Source: Spirochaetia bacterium
Lineage (GTDB): Bacteria > Spirochaetota > Spirochaetia > DSM-16054 > Sediminispirochaetaceae
Direction of reading: 5' to 3'
DNA: 64,000 bases
NCBI GenBank assembly: GCA_034520965.1
Contig: JAXHMY010000003.1
Location: forward strand, 64,001 to 128,000
The notes beneath the pieces are model-generated. The model was not told where the DNA came from and did not search any database. It saw only the letters and a list, made by a program, of their open reading frames with translations. The position numbers were made by a program, and so were the translations under genes. Positions 17,008-28,238 of the stretch are shown here, one piece after another (the stretch's first letter is position 1; the number at the start of each line of letters is the position of its first letter).

Positions 17008-19038
17008 TCAGCCCAGCCACTTGGACAGTATTTTTTTGTAGGCTCTGGTGTTTTTCAGCTCATCCAGGGCCCGGGAAAATTGGCTGATGTAAGCGGGGTC
17101 GGTTTGGGTGCTGAAGACCATGTAGATGTCGCCGGAGATGTCCTTCATTTCGAGCACCGGTTCAAACTGCGTGGCGTCGTAGCCCTTGGCCTGGATGTGC
17201 CGGGTGGCCTGGGAGGCAGTCAGGGCAATCAGGTCTACCTTTTCCGCCAGCAGTGATGCGAAGTTTTCCCCCTGCTCTTCCACCGGAAAAAGGCCGTCTC
17301 CGGCTTCCAATCCCCGGTCGCGGAAGTAGTGGTGCTCAAAATTGTCCTCCACAACCCCAATACGGTAGCTCAGTGCATCTTTCATAGATGAAGGATTTAC
17401 ATCAACCCGGCCGCCTTTACGGTACAGGTTCATCTTGTCGGTAAACAGCGGGCCAACCCAGTGGAAAAGCTCTTCCCGGTCGGCGGTGCGCAACATCGAA
17501 TACAGCAGAATGTTCGGCTCGCGCAGGGCAATATGGTAGGCCACAGTCCAGGTCATAAACTCGATGGGCCAGTGGATGTCCAAGCGCTCCAGTAGCGCCT
17601 GCAGTATTTCCGTCGATATGCCGGTGGCTCCGTTTTTACCCATATAGTTATAGGGCGGCATTTGCTCGGCAATGATGAGCGGGGCGGTTTTGTACTGCTC
17701 GATCTCTTTTTTAAGCCCCGCCAGATTGTCCTTGTTGGTGTTTTGAAGAGCAGCAAGGCCTTCTATGGTTGAGGATACGGTTTCGATTTCAGAGGTGATG
17801 CTGTGCACTTGGTCGAGGTTGTTCTGCGAGAGTTGTGACAAGCCCGTCATAAATTCTTCAACACTGTTCATACGGCCGTTCATTTCTTCTGATGAGGATT
17901 GCACGTCCTGGCTGATATCCTTCAGTTCGGTAAGGGATGTGGTAATTTCGTTGCTGCTGGTGGCCATTTCGCTCATGCCGTTCATCATCTCGCCCATGCT
18001 TTGGGAAAACTCTTGAATTTTAGTAAGAATGTCGTGGATAGAGTCACCGGTTTTTTCTGCAATGGTGGACATGGTTTCAATGTTTGTGGATATACCCTGC
18101 AGCTCATTTGTAATAGAACTGGAGTTTTCTCCGGTGGTTTCTGAAAGCCGTCGGATTTCATCGGCAACGACTGCAAAGCCCTTCCCCGCCTCACCCGCAT
18201 GGGCAGCTTCAATGGCGGCGTTCATAGACAGAATATTGGTGTTTTCAGAGAGGCTTTTGATTACTTCGGTCATTTCATACATTACCGAGGTAGATTGTGC
18301 AATTTTGCGGGTTCCCTCCAGGGTACTGTCCATGTTCTCTTTTCCCTGCTCCGACAGCTGCACCAGATGTTCGATTGTTCCGCTGTTGCTCTGCATGTTT
18401 TCGGTTATATTTTGAATGGTGGCATGGGTTTCTTCCACTGCGGCGGAGGATTGGGCAACCGCGGAGGACTGAGAGGTAATAAGCTGAACCACATTGTCCA
18501 GATGGCTATTAATGCCGCGGACATCCTCATTCGAACGGGAGAGACTTTCGTTGAGGGTGCTAAACTCCTTCTGCAAGCCCTGCATGGTCTCTGAAATATG
18601 TCGAACAAACAAGTTGATCTCTTCAGATTTCTTCGTTAATTCCTGCCCAATGTTAGTGCCGAATTTTTCAATATTCCGCATCCGCAGCAGCAGAATATTG
18701 AAATGGTTGATAAACTCGTTGTAAGCCCTAAAAAGGTCGCCAATGTCATCCCGGCGCTTTGAGGGTACGGTAATATTCAGATCACCCTCTCCGCTGGTCA
18801 ACGCGTGTATTTGAGCGGTTAAATTCCGAATTGGAAGCAGTACCTTTCGATGCAACATCCACAGGCAAAGCGCTATAAATAAAATTACGGATATTCCATA
18901 TATTCCAAACGATCGTACCGCATCCCCTATAGAATAGTTTTCCGAGATAAGGCTATGCAATAGGGTGCCGGCGGCTATCATTCCCAGGCCGATAATTCCG
19001 CACAGTATTGCAAACCACAAGGTCAATGATCGTCTCAT
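17008..19038 (-). CDS. Methyl-accepting chemotaxis protein with C-terminal family-3 solute-binding domain
   Basis: Two N-terminal TM helices, [38 protein letters not shown], then PPYNY...GISTEIL...RTADRE. Confidence 0.9.
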   Translation of the reverse strand: MRRSLTLWFAILCGIIGLGMIAAGTLLHSLISENYSIGDAVRSFGIYGISVILFIALCLWMLHRKVLLPIRNLTAQIHALTSGEGDLNITVPSKRRDDIGDLFRAYNEFINHFNILLLRMRNIEKFGTNIGQELTKKSEEINLFVRHISETMQGLQKEFSTLNESLSRSNEDVRGINSHLDNVVQLITSQSSAVAQSSAAVEETHATIQNITENMQSNSGTIEHLVQLSEQGKENMDSTLEGTRKIAQSTSVMYEMTEVIKSLSENTNILSMNAAIEAAHAGEAGKGFAVVADEIRRLSETTGENSSSITNELQGISTNIETMSTIAEKTGDSIHDILTKIQEFSQSMGEMMNGMSEMATSSNEITTSLTELKDISQDVQSSSEEMNGRMNSVEEFMTGLSQLSQNNLDQVHSITSEIETVSSTIEGLAALQNTNKDNLAGLKKEIEQYKTAPLIIAEQMPPYNYMGKNGATGISTEILQALLERLDIHWPIEFMTWTVAYHIALREPNILLYSMLRTADREELFHWVGPLFTDKMNLYRKGGRVDVNPSSMKDALSYRIGVVEDNFEHHYFRDRGLEAGDGLFPVEEQGENFASLLAEKVDLIALTASQATRHIQAKGYDATQFEPVLEMKDISGDIYMVFSTQTDPAYISQFSRALDELKNTRAYKKILSKWLG

Positions 19039-19229
19039 ATATGTCTCTCCTGTATGTGCTTATTACAGGATACAGTATATTTGTAAAATGTAAATAAATA
19101 TTTTGTAATATCTAATAAGTATATTTAGTCCACATTTAAGCTTAATTCGGTTTACTGCAGTGGCACCCCGACGGCGGCGCGTAACGTCGTCCCGATGCAG
19201 AGCCTGCACATACACGCATTACGGAGTTT

Positions 19230-19625
19230 CTAGGGTTCCGCCGGAATAAAATCTATGGTCGCTGAATAGCTTATTGTTTCCTGTACCCGCCATGAATCAT
19301 CTTGGGCTTTCAGGGGAAACTGCATCTGCAGACTGGTCTCTTTGTTTGAAAACTCTACTAGCACGGTAGCACTGCGCCCGTTTATCTGCACAGTTTTGAT
19401 ATCGTAAGTAGAGAATTGTCCAATATGATCGTACAACTGCTCCCTTTGCTGCTGCGGCAGTTCGTCAAAAAAGGGGGCCGCCCGTCGAATTGATTCGGCA
19501 TCCCCGGCATAAAGGCCATCAACAAACTGCTGAACCACATTTTCGGCTGCAGAGCGTCCGGGTGAGGCACAGGAAAAAACAAGCAGAAAAGTGATGATTG
19601 ATAGGCTAATATTTTTTGTGTTCAT
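19230..19625 (-). CDS. Hypothetical lipoprotein (NTF2-like fold possible)
   Basis: Signal peptide with LVFSC lipobox. Confidence 0.6.
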   Translation of the reverse strand: MNTKNISLSIITFLLVFSCASPGRSAAENVVQQFVDGLYAGDAESIRRAAPFFDELPQQQREQLYDHIGQFSTYDIKTVQINGRSATVLVEFSNKETSLQMQFPLKAQDDSWRVQETISYSATIDFIPAEP

Positions 19626-19648
19626 AAAATCAACATAAACTCATAATC

Positions 19649-19673
19649 ACCGCAGGGAAAAACTCCCTGCGGT
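19649..19673. terminator. Stem-loop after the 19681-20070 gene
   Basis: accgcaggga-aaaac-tccctgcggt. Confidence 0.55.
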
Positions 19674-19680
19674 TTCAAGC

Positions 19681-20070
19681 TTAGTCCTGGTATTTGACTA
19701 CCGTTCCTTCAATCTTCGCATGTGCCGGAGCATACACGCCCCAGGTAAGCCCATTTAACAGCAGATCCACAAAGGTAGCTTCATATTTTACGGTCACATT
19801 TACCGCCGCATCGCCGGAGTATTTGTTAATTTCCCGGCGTACGGCATCGTAAATCGGATTGTCCATTGCAGTAGAGGTTGCGTTTACAAAGTTCGCACCT
19901 CCGGAGCTACCGAGAAACTCATTTACCATTACGCTTGTTTTAAATTCACCCACCGTCTGGTAGGAAGGCATATCTTCATTCATCTGGATGCCGGAGAGCT
20001 GGAAGGTTGTACATGAAGCCGCAAACAGCACCATCAGTACTACACCGGTTATAAGAACAGCTTTTTTCAT
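19681..20070 (-). CDS. Small spirochaete lipoprotein
   Basis: Signal peptide with FAASC lipobox; GDAAVNV motif. Confidence 0.65.
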   Translation of the reverse strand: MKKAVLITGVVLMVLFAASCTTFQLSGIQMNEDMPSYQTVGEFKTSVMVNEFLGSSGGANFVNATSTAMDNPIYDAVRREINKYSGDAAVNVTVKYEATFVDLLLNGLTWGVYAPAHAKIEGTVVKYQD

Positions 20071-20491
20071 CTTAAATCCCCCTGGTAAAAAACATTGATG
20101 CTTAGAGCTTAGATAGTAAAAAGTGCATTGTCAATGTTTCCAGCTGAAAATTTTATGTCATTTGCAGCCCAAGCGGATTTAAGTGCTCACACCGACGATA
20201 TTGCTCAGGATTAAGAGTGATCAATATTGATGTATAGCGTGCAAATTGCAAAACAAAAATTACAATTTCAGGAATTCTGATTTTGGAAGTCATAAGACTT
20301 CCAAAATGAGAATACCTACAACATCTTTAAGATAAACTACTTACCTTAAACAAAATGTAAGCATTCGCAATTTCAAAATTTTCCAAAAATTTTCAAATTG
20401 CGAATTGCTGTTACAATTTGCATTTTAACTTATTAAGAACTATACTTTTAAATAAGAAATATAAGAGCTACTGCTCTTGAAAGGAAGTAAT

Positions 20492-21226
20492 ATGAATATA
20501 ACAGCTGTATTAAAGGATAGTTTCGATTTAATGAAAAGAAACTGGGTCCTATTCGTGCCATTTTTGGGGGCCTTCGTGCTGATGGCCCTTATCTCACTGA
20601 TTTCCGTGGGAACACTGGTTCCCTTCGGCGACTTTCAATCGATGGGGCAAGTTTCACAAGAGGAGGCAATCGGTTTTGCCGGAACTTCCCTTTTAGTTGT
20701 CTTTATTACGATGCTGCTGTCCGGTATTATCGGTCTCTTAGCCCATGGCATGACAATCACCATGATTGACGATGCCTTAAAAACGGAAAAAGCATCTCTG
20801 AAGGGAGGTTGGTCTAAAACCCTTCACAGTATTGTGCCGCTTTTAATTGCCTCAGTTCTCGTAGGTGCAATTGTTAGTATCGGGTTTATACTCCTGGTAC
20901 TTCCCGGTATCATTGCAATCTTTTTCCTGATGTTCAGCGTAGTAGCAGTTATCAGCGATCAAACTAATGGTTTTTCAGCACTTGGCCATAGTGCTCGAAC
21001 AGTTTTTCGGAATTTCAAAACCACAGTTGTGCTGTTTTTAATTCTGATTGCATTGGGAGTGCTCTTTGGCATTGTCTCGATTATCCTGGGGCTCATCCCC
21101 ATTCTGGGTGTAATCCTGGGTATCATCGCGTCCGCCGTATTCGGAGTATATACAACCATCTTTTTGGTAATTAGCTACAACAACCTTGAATCAAATCCGG
21201 CTACCCAGCCCGACGCTACAGTGTAA
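20492..21226 (+). CDS. Multi-pass membrane protein
   Basis: About 6 hydrophobic helices, GFILLVLPGII and SALGHS motifs. Confidence 0.7.
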   Translation: MNITAVLKDSFDLMKRNWVLFVPFLGAFVLMALISLISVGTLVPFGDFQSMGQVSQEEAIGFAGTSLLVVFITMLLSGIIGLLAHGMTITMIDDALKTEKASLKGGWSKTLHSIVPLLIASVLVGAIVSIGFILLVLPGIIAIFFLMFSVVAVISDQTNGFSALGHSARTVFRNFKTTVVLFLILIALGVLFGIVSIILGLIPILGVILGIIASAVFGVYTTIFLVISYNNLESNPATQPDATV

Positions 21227-21234
21227 GCCTATTT

Positions 21235-21993
21235 TTAAGATGTGGCGCTGTTGTTTTCGTTTCGGCGGTCTGAAAAGAAATCAGCCACTACCGGATGCGT
21301 AGAGAGCAGTGCCTCGTCGAAACTCCCTTCAAAAGCAATCTGCCCCTGGTCTAGAAAAATAATATGGTCTGCTAATCGGCCGATACTGGCAACATCGTGG
21401 CTCACGATAATAACTGTCATATTCAGTTTATCCCGTAAACTCGCAATCAGAGCATCCAGCCGCTTACTTGTAATGGGGTCTAAGCCAGATGTAGGTTCAT
21501 CACAAAACAGCAGTTCAGGATCCATGGCGATTGCCCGGGATAGGGCAGCCCGCTTTTGCATGCCCCCCGACAGCTCGGCCGGACGGCTGTCGATGGACCC
21601 ACCGATTCCCAAAAGCTCAAGCTTCCGCTGAATATTGAGCCGGATCAATTCCGGCGGCAGATTGCTGTGCTGCTCCAGAGGAACCGCTGCATTTTCGAGG
21701 ATGGTATTCGACCCCATGAGGGCGTTATTCTGAAACAACATACCAATGCGGGTGCGCAATTCGCGCAGCTCCTCCTCACTTGCAGTGGACAGATCAGTTC
21801 CAGCAACTACTACCTGCCCGCTAAGCGGTGTATAAAGGCCCAAAAGGTGTTTTAGCAGGGTGGTTTTTCCGCAGCCGCTGGGGCCGATTATGGCGGTTAC
21901 GGTTTCCGGCAGTATCTTTAGGGAAATCCCCTTTAATACCTGTTTCTCACCAAAGGCAGCGTATAGATTATCAACCCGGATAATCGGTTGCAT
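21235..21993 (-). CDS. mlaF: MlaF-type ABC ATP-binding protein
   Basis: GPSGCGKT, ELSGGMQKR, LFCDEPTSGLDP; real start probably ATG 21993 after AGGAG. The ORF-track extension overlaps mlaE. Confidence 0.9.
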   Translation of the reverse strand: MQPIIRVDNLYAAFGEKQVLKGISLKILPETVTAIIGPSGCGKTTLLKHLLGLYTPLSGQVVVAGTDLSTASEEELRELRTRIGMLFQNNALMGSNTILENAAVPLEQHSNLPPELIRLNIQRKLELLGIGGSIDSRPAELSGGMQKRAALSRAIAMDPELLFCDEPTSGLDPITSKRLDALIASLRDKLNMTVIIVSHDVASIGRLADHIIFLDQGQIAFEGSFDEALLSTHPVVADFFSDRRNENNSATS

Positions 21994-22016
21994 TTCAAAG
22001 CTCCTCATATAAGCCC

Positions 22017-23117
22017 TCATATAAGCACGGTCAAACTGAACAGAGCGTCCAGGACAATCACCGTAATAATCGAATACACTACCGCCATTGTAGTAGCTCG
22101 GCCAACCTCTTCCGCCCCGCCGGAGACTGAAAATCCGAAGTGACTGCCTATTACTACAATCACCCACCCAAAAAAGACACTCTTGGTCAGGCTCTTTATA
22201 ATGTCGGTAACCCCAACCGCGCTGGAGGCTCTGGCGATAAAAATTTCCGGGGCAATGTCCAGGCTGCTTGCCCCTACCAGCATTCCACCGCCGATTCCCA
22301 GATATATGGAAAAGGCTACCAATAAAGGTATAGTCAAGGTAATTGCTATAAACTTTGGTACCACCACATAACGAATCGGGTCGATTCCCATTACCTGCAG
22401 AGCCTCGATCTCTTCCGAGACTTTCATTGTTGCCAGCTCCGAGGCAATGGCGGAGCCGCTGCGGCCCGCAATCATGATGGCGGTCATCATAGGTCCCATT
22501 TCGCTCACCATGGATATCGCCATAAGGTTTGCAACGTAGACATTGGCCCCAAAGGCCTTTAACTGTATGGCCGACTGCAGCGCCAAAATAACCCCTAAAA
22601 TTATGGACAAGAGGGCTACCAGCGGCAGGGACTGTACACCGATTACCCAACACTGTTCGAGAACCGAGTTTTTTCTTCTCTGGGCGGATTTAAAGATACC
22701 CACTACCGACCAAAAGAATATTTCCGCGGTTAACACCGCCAGGCGTCCGGCTTCGGCCACCCCGTTTGTAAGCTCTTCGCCAAGCTTCTCAAAAAAAGAG
22801 GGGCTTCCCGGCAAATTCACCGGCGCAGCAGCAGGTGGGTGAATCAAAAACTCCTCGAGCAGTTTTTTTGTCTCGTCAGGGCATTCTTCATACAATACTT
22901 CCGGTTCACCCTCGCTGTTCTCGAGAATCCATTCTAAAAAAGCTATTCCGCTGGTATCGATTTGAGAAATGCCGTTTACATCCAAACTTTGAAACTTTGG
23001 AGTTCCTTTCCGGCGATAGCGTACAAACAGATTTGCAGCACTGTCTTTTGTTAAGGAACCTTCTATGTGCAAGCTCTGTCCAGTCAGCTGCGCTGTTACT
23101 ACCCCTTGTTTATCCAT
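22017..23117 (-). CDS. mlaE: MlaE-family permease with N-terminal STAS domain
   Basis: IDTSGIAFL (STAS), EMGPMMTAIMIAGRSGSAIASELATMKVSEEIEAL, GGAEEVGRATT. Confidence 0.92.
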   Translation of the reverse strand: MDKQGVVTAQLTGQSLHIEGSLTKDSAANLFVRYRRKGTPKFQSLDVNGISQIDTSGIAFLEWILENSEGEPEVLYEECPDETKKLLEEFLIHPPAAAPVNLPGSPSFFEKLGEELTNGVAEAGRLAVLTAEIFFWSVVGIFKSAQRRKNSVLEQCWVIGVQSLPLVALLSIILGVILALQSAIQLKAFGANVYVANLMAISMVSEMGPMMTAIMIAGRSGSAIASELATMKVSEEIEALQVMGIDPIRYVVVPKFIAITLTIPLLVAFSIYLGIGGGMLVGASSLDIAPEIFIARASSAVGVTDIIKSLTKSVFFGWVIVVIGSHFGFSVSGGAEEVGRATTMAVVYSIITVIVLDALFSLTVLI

Positions 23118-23118
23118 G

Positions 23119-25246
23119 CTAAAAGCTCATTCTATAGATCGTTGAAAAGCGTAGATACAGCCCGTGATCGGAAGCAATATAATCTCTCCCTCCCGATGAA
23201 TTTGTGGCATTGTACAGGCTAGCCCGATAATCTAAGGTTACATTTCTGAACAATGAAAGCTGTAGATCGTGTATCCATTTTAAGTCAACCTCGGCCAAAT
23301 CTTCAAAGGGGGCATACACATCCAAGCGGGACGAATAACTTATGTTGTTTAGTGCCTGAGTGCTAAATTGCAATGCCGCCTCTAGTCCGGTTGTATAAGT
23401 ATCATCCTGTTGCTGAAAAACCACTGAATCGGAGTTCTCTTCGTCACGCTCAAAAGAGTCGCCGTAAAGGTTCTGCCGCAACCCGATACCAAAACGCAAA
23501 CTCGATTCTAGCCAGGGCTCCTCTACCAGTTTTATATTCAGTCCGCCACCCTCCTGAAAATAGATGGGAATAAACGGCTCGGTGAGTTTCACCGATTCAA
23601 CTCCGCTTTCCTTCTGCAGCTCGTTCCCGGCGGAATCCTGTTTTTCGTAGGCAAAGGGGTCTGCCTCTCTGTAATAAGCGGCGAGTATATGACTGCGCAT
23701 ATCCAGATTCAGATACAGACCGAAGTTTAACAGTACATCCATCACCAGAGTACTGCCCAGCTCTAGCGAATCGCGGGTTACTTCAAAGACCCCGGTTTCA
23801 CTGCGACTGGCTCCCAGCTCCAGCAGGTTATGCACCGATACATCAAAGCGCTCGTACTCATAGCGCAGACGGTTTTGCAAAAATCCGTTAAAATTAAAGC
23901 CCGCATTATAGCTATCGAAGCTTTCTCCGTTATCCAATGTTCCTGCGATATTGCCGGCGATACTGGATGCTAATACCCAGTTCTGTTGTTCGTCGAGGTA
24001 AAGGGGTTCCTTAATTACCCCACCGCCCACGACTTTATACCGTTCACTCCCCTCAATCTTTTCGGGTCATTATTGTGAGAATGTTCCCTTTGCCCTTTTC
24101 GACATAGACTGCTGAAAAGTCTCGGTTTGTAGTAAAGGGTTCGTTATTCAAAGTAATTTTGTACCGCCCGGTAGGAAGAATCCAGAAGTTTCTCTCCCAT
24201 TCACTCATTCCTTCAGCCGAGTAGTCAGATCCGTAGGAGTTCCCCGTCTCGGCATCAAAAATTTGATATGAAAGCTCTACAGGGCGACCATCGGGAGTGA
24301 TAATCTCAACCTGGACCCCCCCGTAGTCCGGTTCAACTATGGTCCGATACCCCGGTTTAACTACAACCGACCTCTGCAACTTGAGCTGACTAGGTCCGGA
24401 ACCATAGCGGATTGTATAGCGTCCAGGTTCCAGTTCGACCGGAGTTCCAAAGCGTCCCCACTCCGGTTCGAGTCCCTTACCAATAATGCGATACAGAGGT
24501 TGTTCACGATCGCTGAACACCCCCGGCAGCAGCAACTGCCCGCGGGCGGTATCCTGCACTTCTATACCTTCAAATTGGCTTTCCTGTAACTCTGCGAATC
24601 CTGCGGACCCCGTAGACCGTCCAAAATGCGACGATACTTCAACGGCAAATTGATTGGTATAAGCAAGTATGGCTTCATTCACAACCTGCACAAAGGAGTC
24701 CAGGTTGTTGTCGTATACCTCGATGCGCCGTTCAATCTCTGTAGTCACTACACTGCTGCCGTCCATTGTCCGTAAATCGAAACGCATATTCAACAGCGCA
24801 GTGGAGCTGCCTTCCCCGTGCAGGAATTCTATTGTGGTGACCGTTGGAATCAGCTCGTAGTCGGGCCGGCTGTAGGGAAAATCTTGTCGAATAATTCTGA
24901 ACAATTCATAGGCTTTAAGGCGAGCTGTAATAAGTTCGGACACCTTCTCTTCCAGGTCATTTGCCCACAGGTGGTTTTCCAGGTAGGATATCCGCGGTCC
25001 GAAATGGCGCATCACGATTTGGTTCCGTTTATAAGTCCTAGAAATAGAGGCGGGCTGAACCCATACACTGGCATCAATGGGCTCACTCTGAATAAGCTCG
25101 GGTTGTTCACTGTTCGGGTCGTACTGCATTGTATAGTAGTATTTTTCCTGCGGTGGAGAAGACACGCAGCCCGTCAGTCCGCTTAACAGCAGGAAGAGTA
25201 TAGTAAGAAAAACGCCGAACTCTACTAATTTTCGCACCATTATCAC
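23119..25246 (-). CDS. PqiC-like auxiliary lipoprotein probably fused to a C-terminal outer-membrane beta-barrel (two ORFs joined by a 1-nt frameshift near 24064)
   Basis: LTGC lipobox, YY...QIVMR...HLWA PqiC-like pattern; removing one C gives MTEKIEGSERYKVVGGGVIK; C-terminal alternating beta-strands ending in F. Confidence 0.65.
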
Positions 25247-25251
25247 CCGCC

Positions 25252-26304
25252 TTAGAAATCAATTAGACGTGATGGATCTTCACTGATTATCCGTGAAAAT
25301 TCATTCAGATTCTTTAAAGCTTCATTCAGAGTTTTGATTGCGTCAACTATATCCCGACTGCTTTTCAGCACCGTCATATCTATCAACTGCGAAGTTCTGT
25401 CCGTCTGTTTTAAGATGCCCTTAATTTCCGTTAAGATATTGCCGGTTTCCGCCAGCATCTGCTGAGTAGCCTCACCCTTCATCATTTCGGTAAACTCCGC
25501 TATATTTCCGGTTATTTGGTCAATTCTCTCGGGCCTCATAACTTCCCGCATATCGTCTACCATCTGTTGTGCCGATTCAGTAACTTCAACCGCGTTGTTG
25601 AGGATGGTGTCGATCTGTTCGCCCTCGATTTTTTCTCGGAGAACCTCTGCGCTGCGGCGGATGTCCGCGCCGGCACTGCGCAGATCCGAACTTATCACTT
25701 CGGTATGTGCGATTACATTGCTCAGTTTGTCTCTATTTTGTTCGATAAAGTAGTCGGTGTTCGCCAGAATATCGCTCACCGCCTGTTGATTGGCGGAACT
25801 TGCAAAACTGTTCAGGTTATTCAACAGCAGTTCCACCTTGTCGGCGATAATCTGGGCCTCTCCGGTAATATCGGCTATGGCGGAACTGCCTGTTTCGATA
25901 AAACCTCCCGGCTCCAGATCTTCTGCACGGTTGGTTCCTCCCGTCAATTCAATCTGCTTAAGCCCAGTAATACCCATCATCACCAGGTTGGCCTTCATAT
26001 CTTCCTTGATGGGAGTGTCCTTATCAACACTGATGGTCACTATCACGTGGCCGATATCTTCCGAACTCACTTCTATGCTTTTGACCTCGCCGATATTTAT
26101 GCCGTTGTATTTCACATTTCCGCCTACCTCTAATCCGTTCACCGAGGTATCTTCAAAGCGGATAAAGTAGATTTTCTTTTCTTGAAAAAGAGTCCGGCCG
26201 AAGGAAATAAAGAAAAGCGCGGCAATGAGAAAGGCGCCGATAAAAAAGAACACCCCCACTCTTACCTTTTGTTCTCGGGTTATCATACCTACTGTATAAA
26301 ACAC
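25252..26304 (-). CDS. mlaD: MCE/MlaD-family protein with long helical C-terminus
   Basis: TM anchor, SVNGLEVGGNVKYNGINIGEV, GITGLKQIEL, C-terminal DPSRLI. Confidence 0.9.
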   Translation of the reverse strand: MFYTVGMITREQKVRVGVFFFIGAFLIAALFFISFGRTLFQEKKIYFIRFEDTSVNGLEVGGNVKYNGINIGEVKSIEVSSEDIGHVIVTISVDKDTPIKEDMKANLVMMGITGLKQIELTGGTNRAEDLEPGGFIETGSSAIADITGEAQIIADKVELLLNNLNSFASSANQQAVSDILANTDYFIEQNRDKLSNVIAHTEVISSDLRSAGADIRRSAEVLREKIEGEQIDTILNNAVEVTESAQQMVDDMREVMRPERIDQITGNIAEFTEMMKGEATQQMLAETGNILTEIKGILKQTDRTSQLIDMTVLKSSRDIVDAIKTLNEALKNLNEFSRIISEDPSRLIDF

Positions 26305-26512
26305 TTTTGGCTATGTAGCAAGAGTAAAATTGCTAATCCCACCGTTCCTCAGCCTGTGCACCGCCTGCTCAAAGGCCGGTACCATCTTGCCGGGCCTGTC
26401 CACGGTCCTTTACCAGTATATGACTTGCTTTCCATTCCATGGCTTATTGCCTCCTCTCATGAGTATCTCATAGCATTTCAACCAGCAAGGCGTTTCAAAA
26501 ATCGAGGCGGGC

Positions 26513-27085
26513 CTACACAAGCAGGTCGGATACCGTCCGTTTAGGCACATGGTGAACCTGTTTCTCGTCTCTATAATATTTTATATCATCCTTATTTGCA
26601 GCATCTTCAAGTTTCACATCTTCCACCGGTGAACCCAAGGCCATGACAAAGAGAATCTCGTATCTGTCATCCACCCCAATTACGCTAGCCCATTCCTTGC
26701 GGTTTATTGACGCAAAAATACAGCCTCCGTAGCCTTTTTCCACCGCGCTCAGCATTATTGTCTGCATCGCAATGCCCGCATCAGTCTTAGAAGCAACATC
26801 CTTCACCTCAGTATCGCGCAACACAGTCACGTAGGCCGTGGGTCGCTCTCCCTCTTCAGGACCATCCCAGTCGGTCAAATACCCGGCCCATTTCAGCAGG
26901 GGAAAAAGTTTATCCGCTTCCGCTTTTTGGGCAGTCACATGATACCGCAATGGCTGTAAATTGGCACCACTAGGACTACGGCGTGCAGCTTCAATCCACC
27001 CTTTCAGCTCCTGCTCCGGGATCTGCACGCTCTGGTCGAATCTACGGTAACTTCTGCTCTTAGTCACTAAATCAATAACTTTCAT
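26513..27085 (-). CDS. Nitroreductase-family protein
   Basis: RSYRRF, SPSGANLQPL, DAGIAMQTIMLSA, HHVPKR. Confidence 0.9.
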   Translation of the reverse strand: MKVIDLVTKSRSYRRFDQSVQIPEQELKGWIEAARRSPSGANLQPLRYHVTAQKAEADKLFPLLKWAGYLTDWDGPEEGERPTAYVTVLRDTEVKDVASKTDAGIAMQTIMLSAVEKGYGGCIFASINRKEWASVIGVDDRYEILFVMALGSPVEDVKLEDAANKDDIKYYRDEKQVHHVPKRTVSDLLV

Positions 27086-27173
27086 ACTCGCCCTCCATTT
27101 AGCTTAATTGCTGTTTCGATAAAATACTTTAGCACACAGGCACTCTATTTCCAAGACCGAATGCGGTCATCAC

Positions 27174-27210
27174 AAAAAAAGGGGGCTGTCTGAGAGTACT
27201 CAGACAGCCC
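27174..27210 (-). terminator. Rho-independent terminator
   Basis: gggctgtctgag-agta-ctcagacagccc with a U-tract on the minus strand. Confidence 0.85.
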
Positions 27211-27250
27211 TGAAAATATTCGTGAGAAAGCCAGTACGATGTAGTCTTTC

Positions 27251-28102
27251 TTACTTGGCTTCCTGCAATGCTTCTTCAGCTAAACCAAAAAGCTCTTTAA
27301 CGTGAATCGATACTCCTGAGATCGAGTCAACATGTCCATCTTCATCAAGATATTCAATCTTGCTCGGATCCTGTATCTCAAGCAGATAGGCTTCGGCCTT
27401 ATCAACCTGTTTCCACCACTGCGACTGAGCGCCGCCGTTTTCAACCATGCCGTACTTCCCCTCTTTGGAGTACTCGTACTTGTGCATATCACCCTCTTCC
27501 GGGTAAGCATTCCAGTGAGCAGCAACAATATAGCCGCCGATTACCGTCAAATCAACGTAGTCTTTCCAGCCGTGGCTGAACTCATCCAGCTCGGCATTGT
27601 AAGCTCCGTCTTCGTACATTCCGCGTCCGGAGGGGCCTTCGGCAAGTGCTTCTTCAGCAAGACCCAGAAACTCGTTGATATGAATCGAGACACCGGAAAT
27701 AGAATCTGTATATCCGTCTTCGTCATACTCGATAACAGTTGGATCCTGAGTTTCCAGCAGGGTCTCTTCTACTTTCTCCGCCTGTTCAAACCAGTATGCT
27801 TGAGCATCACCGTGCTCAACCATTCCGTACTCGCCTGCCTTTGATTGAGTTTTCTTGGAAGTACCGGCGTCTCTATGAGCACCATCCCAGGTAGCTTCCA
27901 CGATTTCTCCGTCTTCAACCTTCAGGAGTGCGATGTACTTCCAGCCGGTTTTTTCACTGAACCCGTCTTCCTGGGCAAAGTAAAAACCGTCTTCGTAGCT
28001 TGTCGGTGCTTCTGAGGGAGCAGCTTCCTGTTGCCCCTCTGCAAATGCAAATGCTGTCATCAACAGCAGCGCGATTACTGTAAAAGCAGTAATTCTTTTC
28101 AT
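27251..28102 (-). CDS. Exported protein with two tandem FMN-binding (flavinylation) domains
   Basis: Signal peptide; internal duplication YEDG.Y.A...GWK...YGMV...W..Q...E...DSISGVS twice. Confidence 0.82.
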   Translation of the reverse strand: MKRITAFTVIALLLMTAFAFAEGQQEAAPSEAPTSYEDGFYFAQEDGFSEKTGWKYIALLKVEDGEIVEATWDGAHRDAGTSKKTQSKAGEYGMVEHGDAQAYWFEQAEKVEETLLETQDPTVIEYDEDGYTDSISGVSIHINEFLGLAEEALAEGPSGRGMYEDGAYNAELDEFSHGWKDYVDLTVIGGYIVAAHWNAYPEEGDMHKYEYSKEGKYGMVENGGAQSQWWKQVDKAEAYLLEIQDPSKIEYLDEDGHVDSISGVSIHVKELFGLAEEALQEAK

Positions 28103-28136
28103 AAATACCTTCCTTATTCCTTAGTTATTCGATAAT

Positions 28137-28238
28137 ATTATATAAATAGTAATATAATTATGTCAACTATATTTGATAAAAAAATATTCACAAAAAGTAA
28201 TATATTAAATTGACACAAGTTAATAAGTTTTTTATGAT
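28137..28238. promoter_or_regulatory. Divergent sigma70 promoters
   Basis: Minus: TTGACA(28166-28161)-18-TATAAT; plus: TTGACA(28210-28215)-17-TATGAT. Confidence 0.7.

Noticed and set aside
17553..18724. Many overlapping short ORFs within the MCP gene (and likewise within mlaD, ndh2, fliD)
   Set aside because: Antisense or alternate-frame shadows of long well-supported genes, with no recognisable motifs
21994..22653. 472-aa version of the ABC ATPase
   Set aside because: The extension overlaps mlaE in another frame; a good RBS precedes ATG 21993
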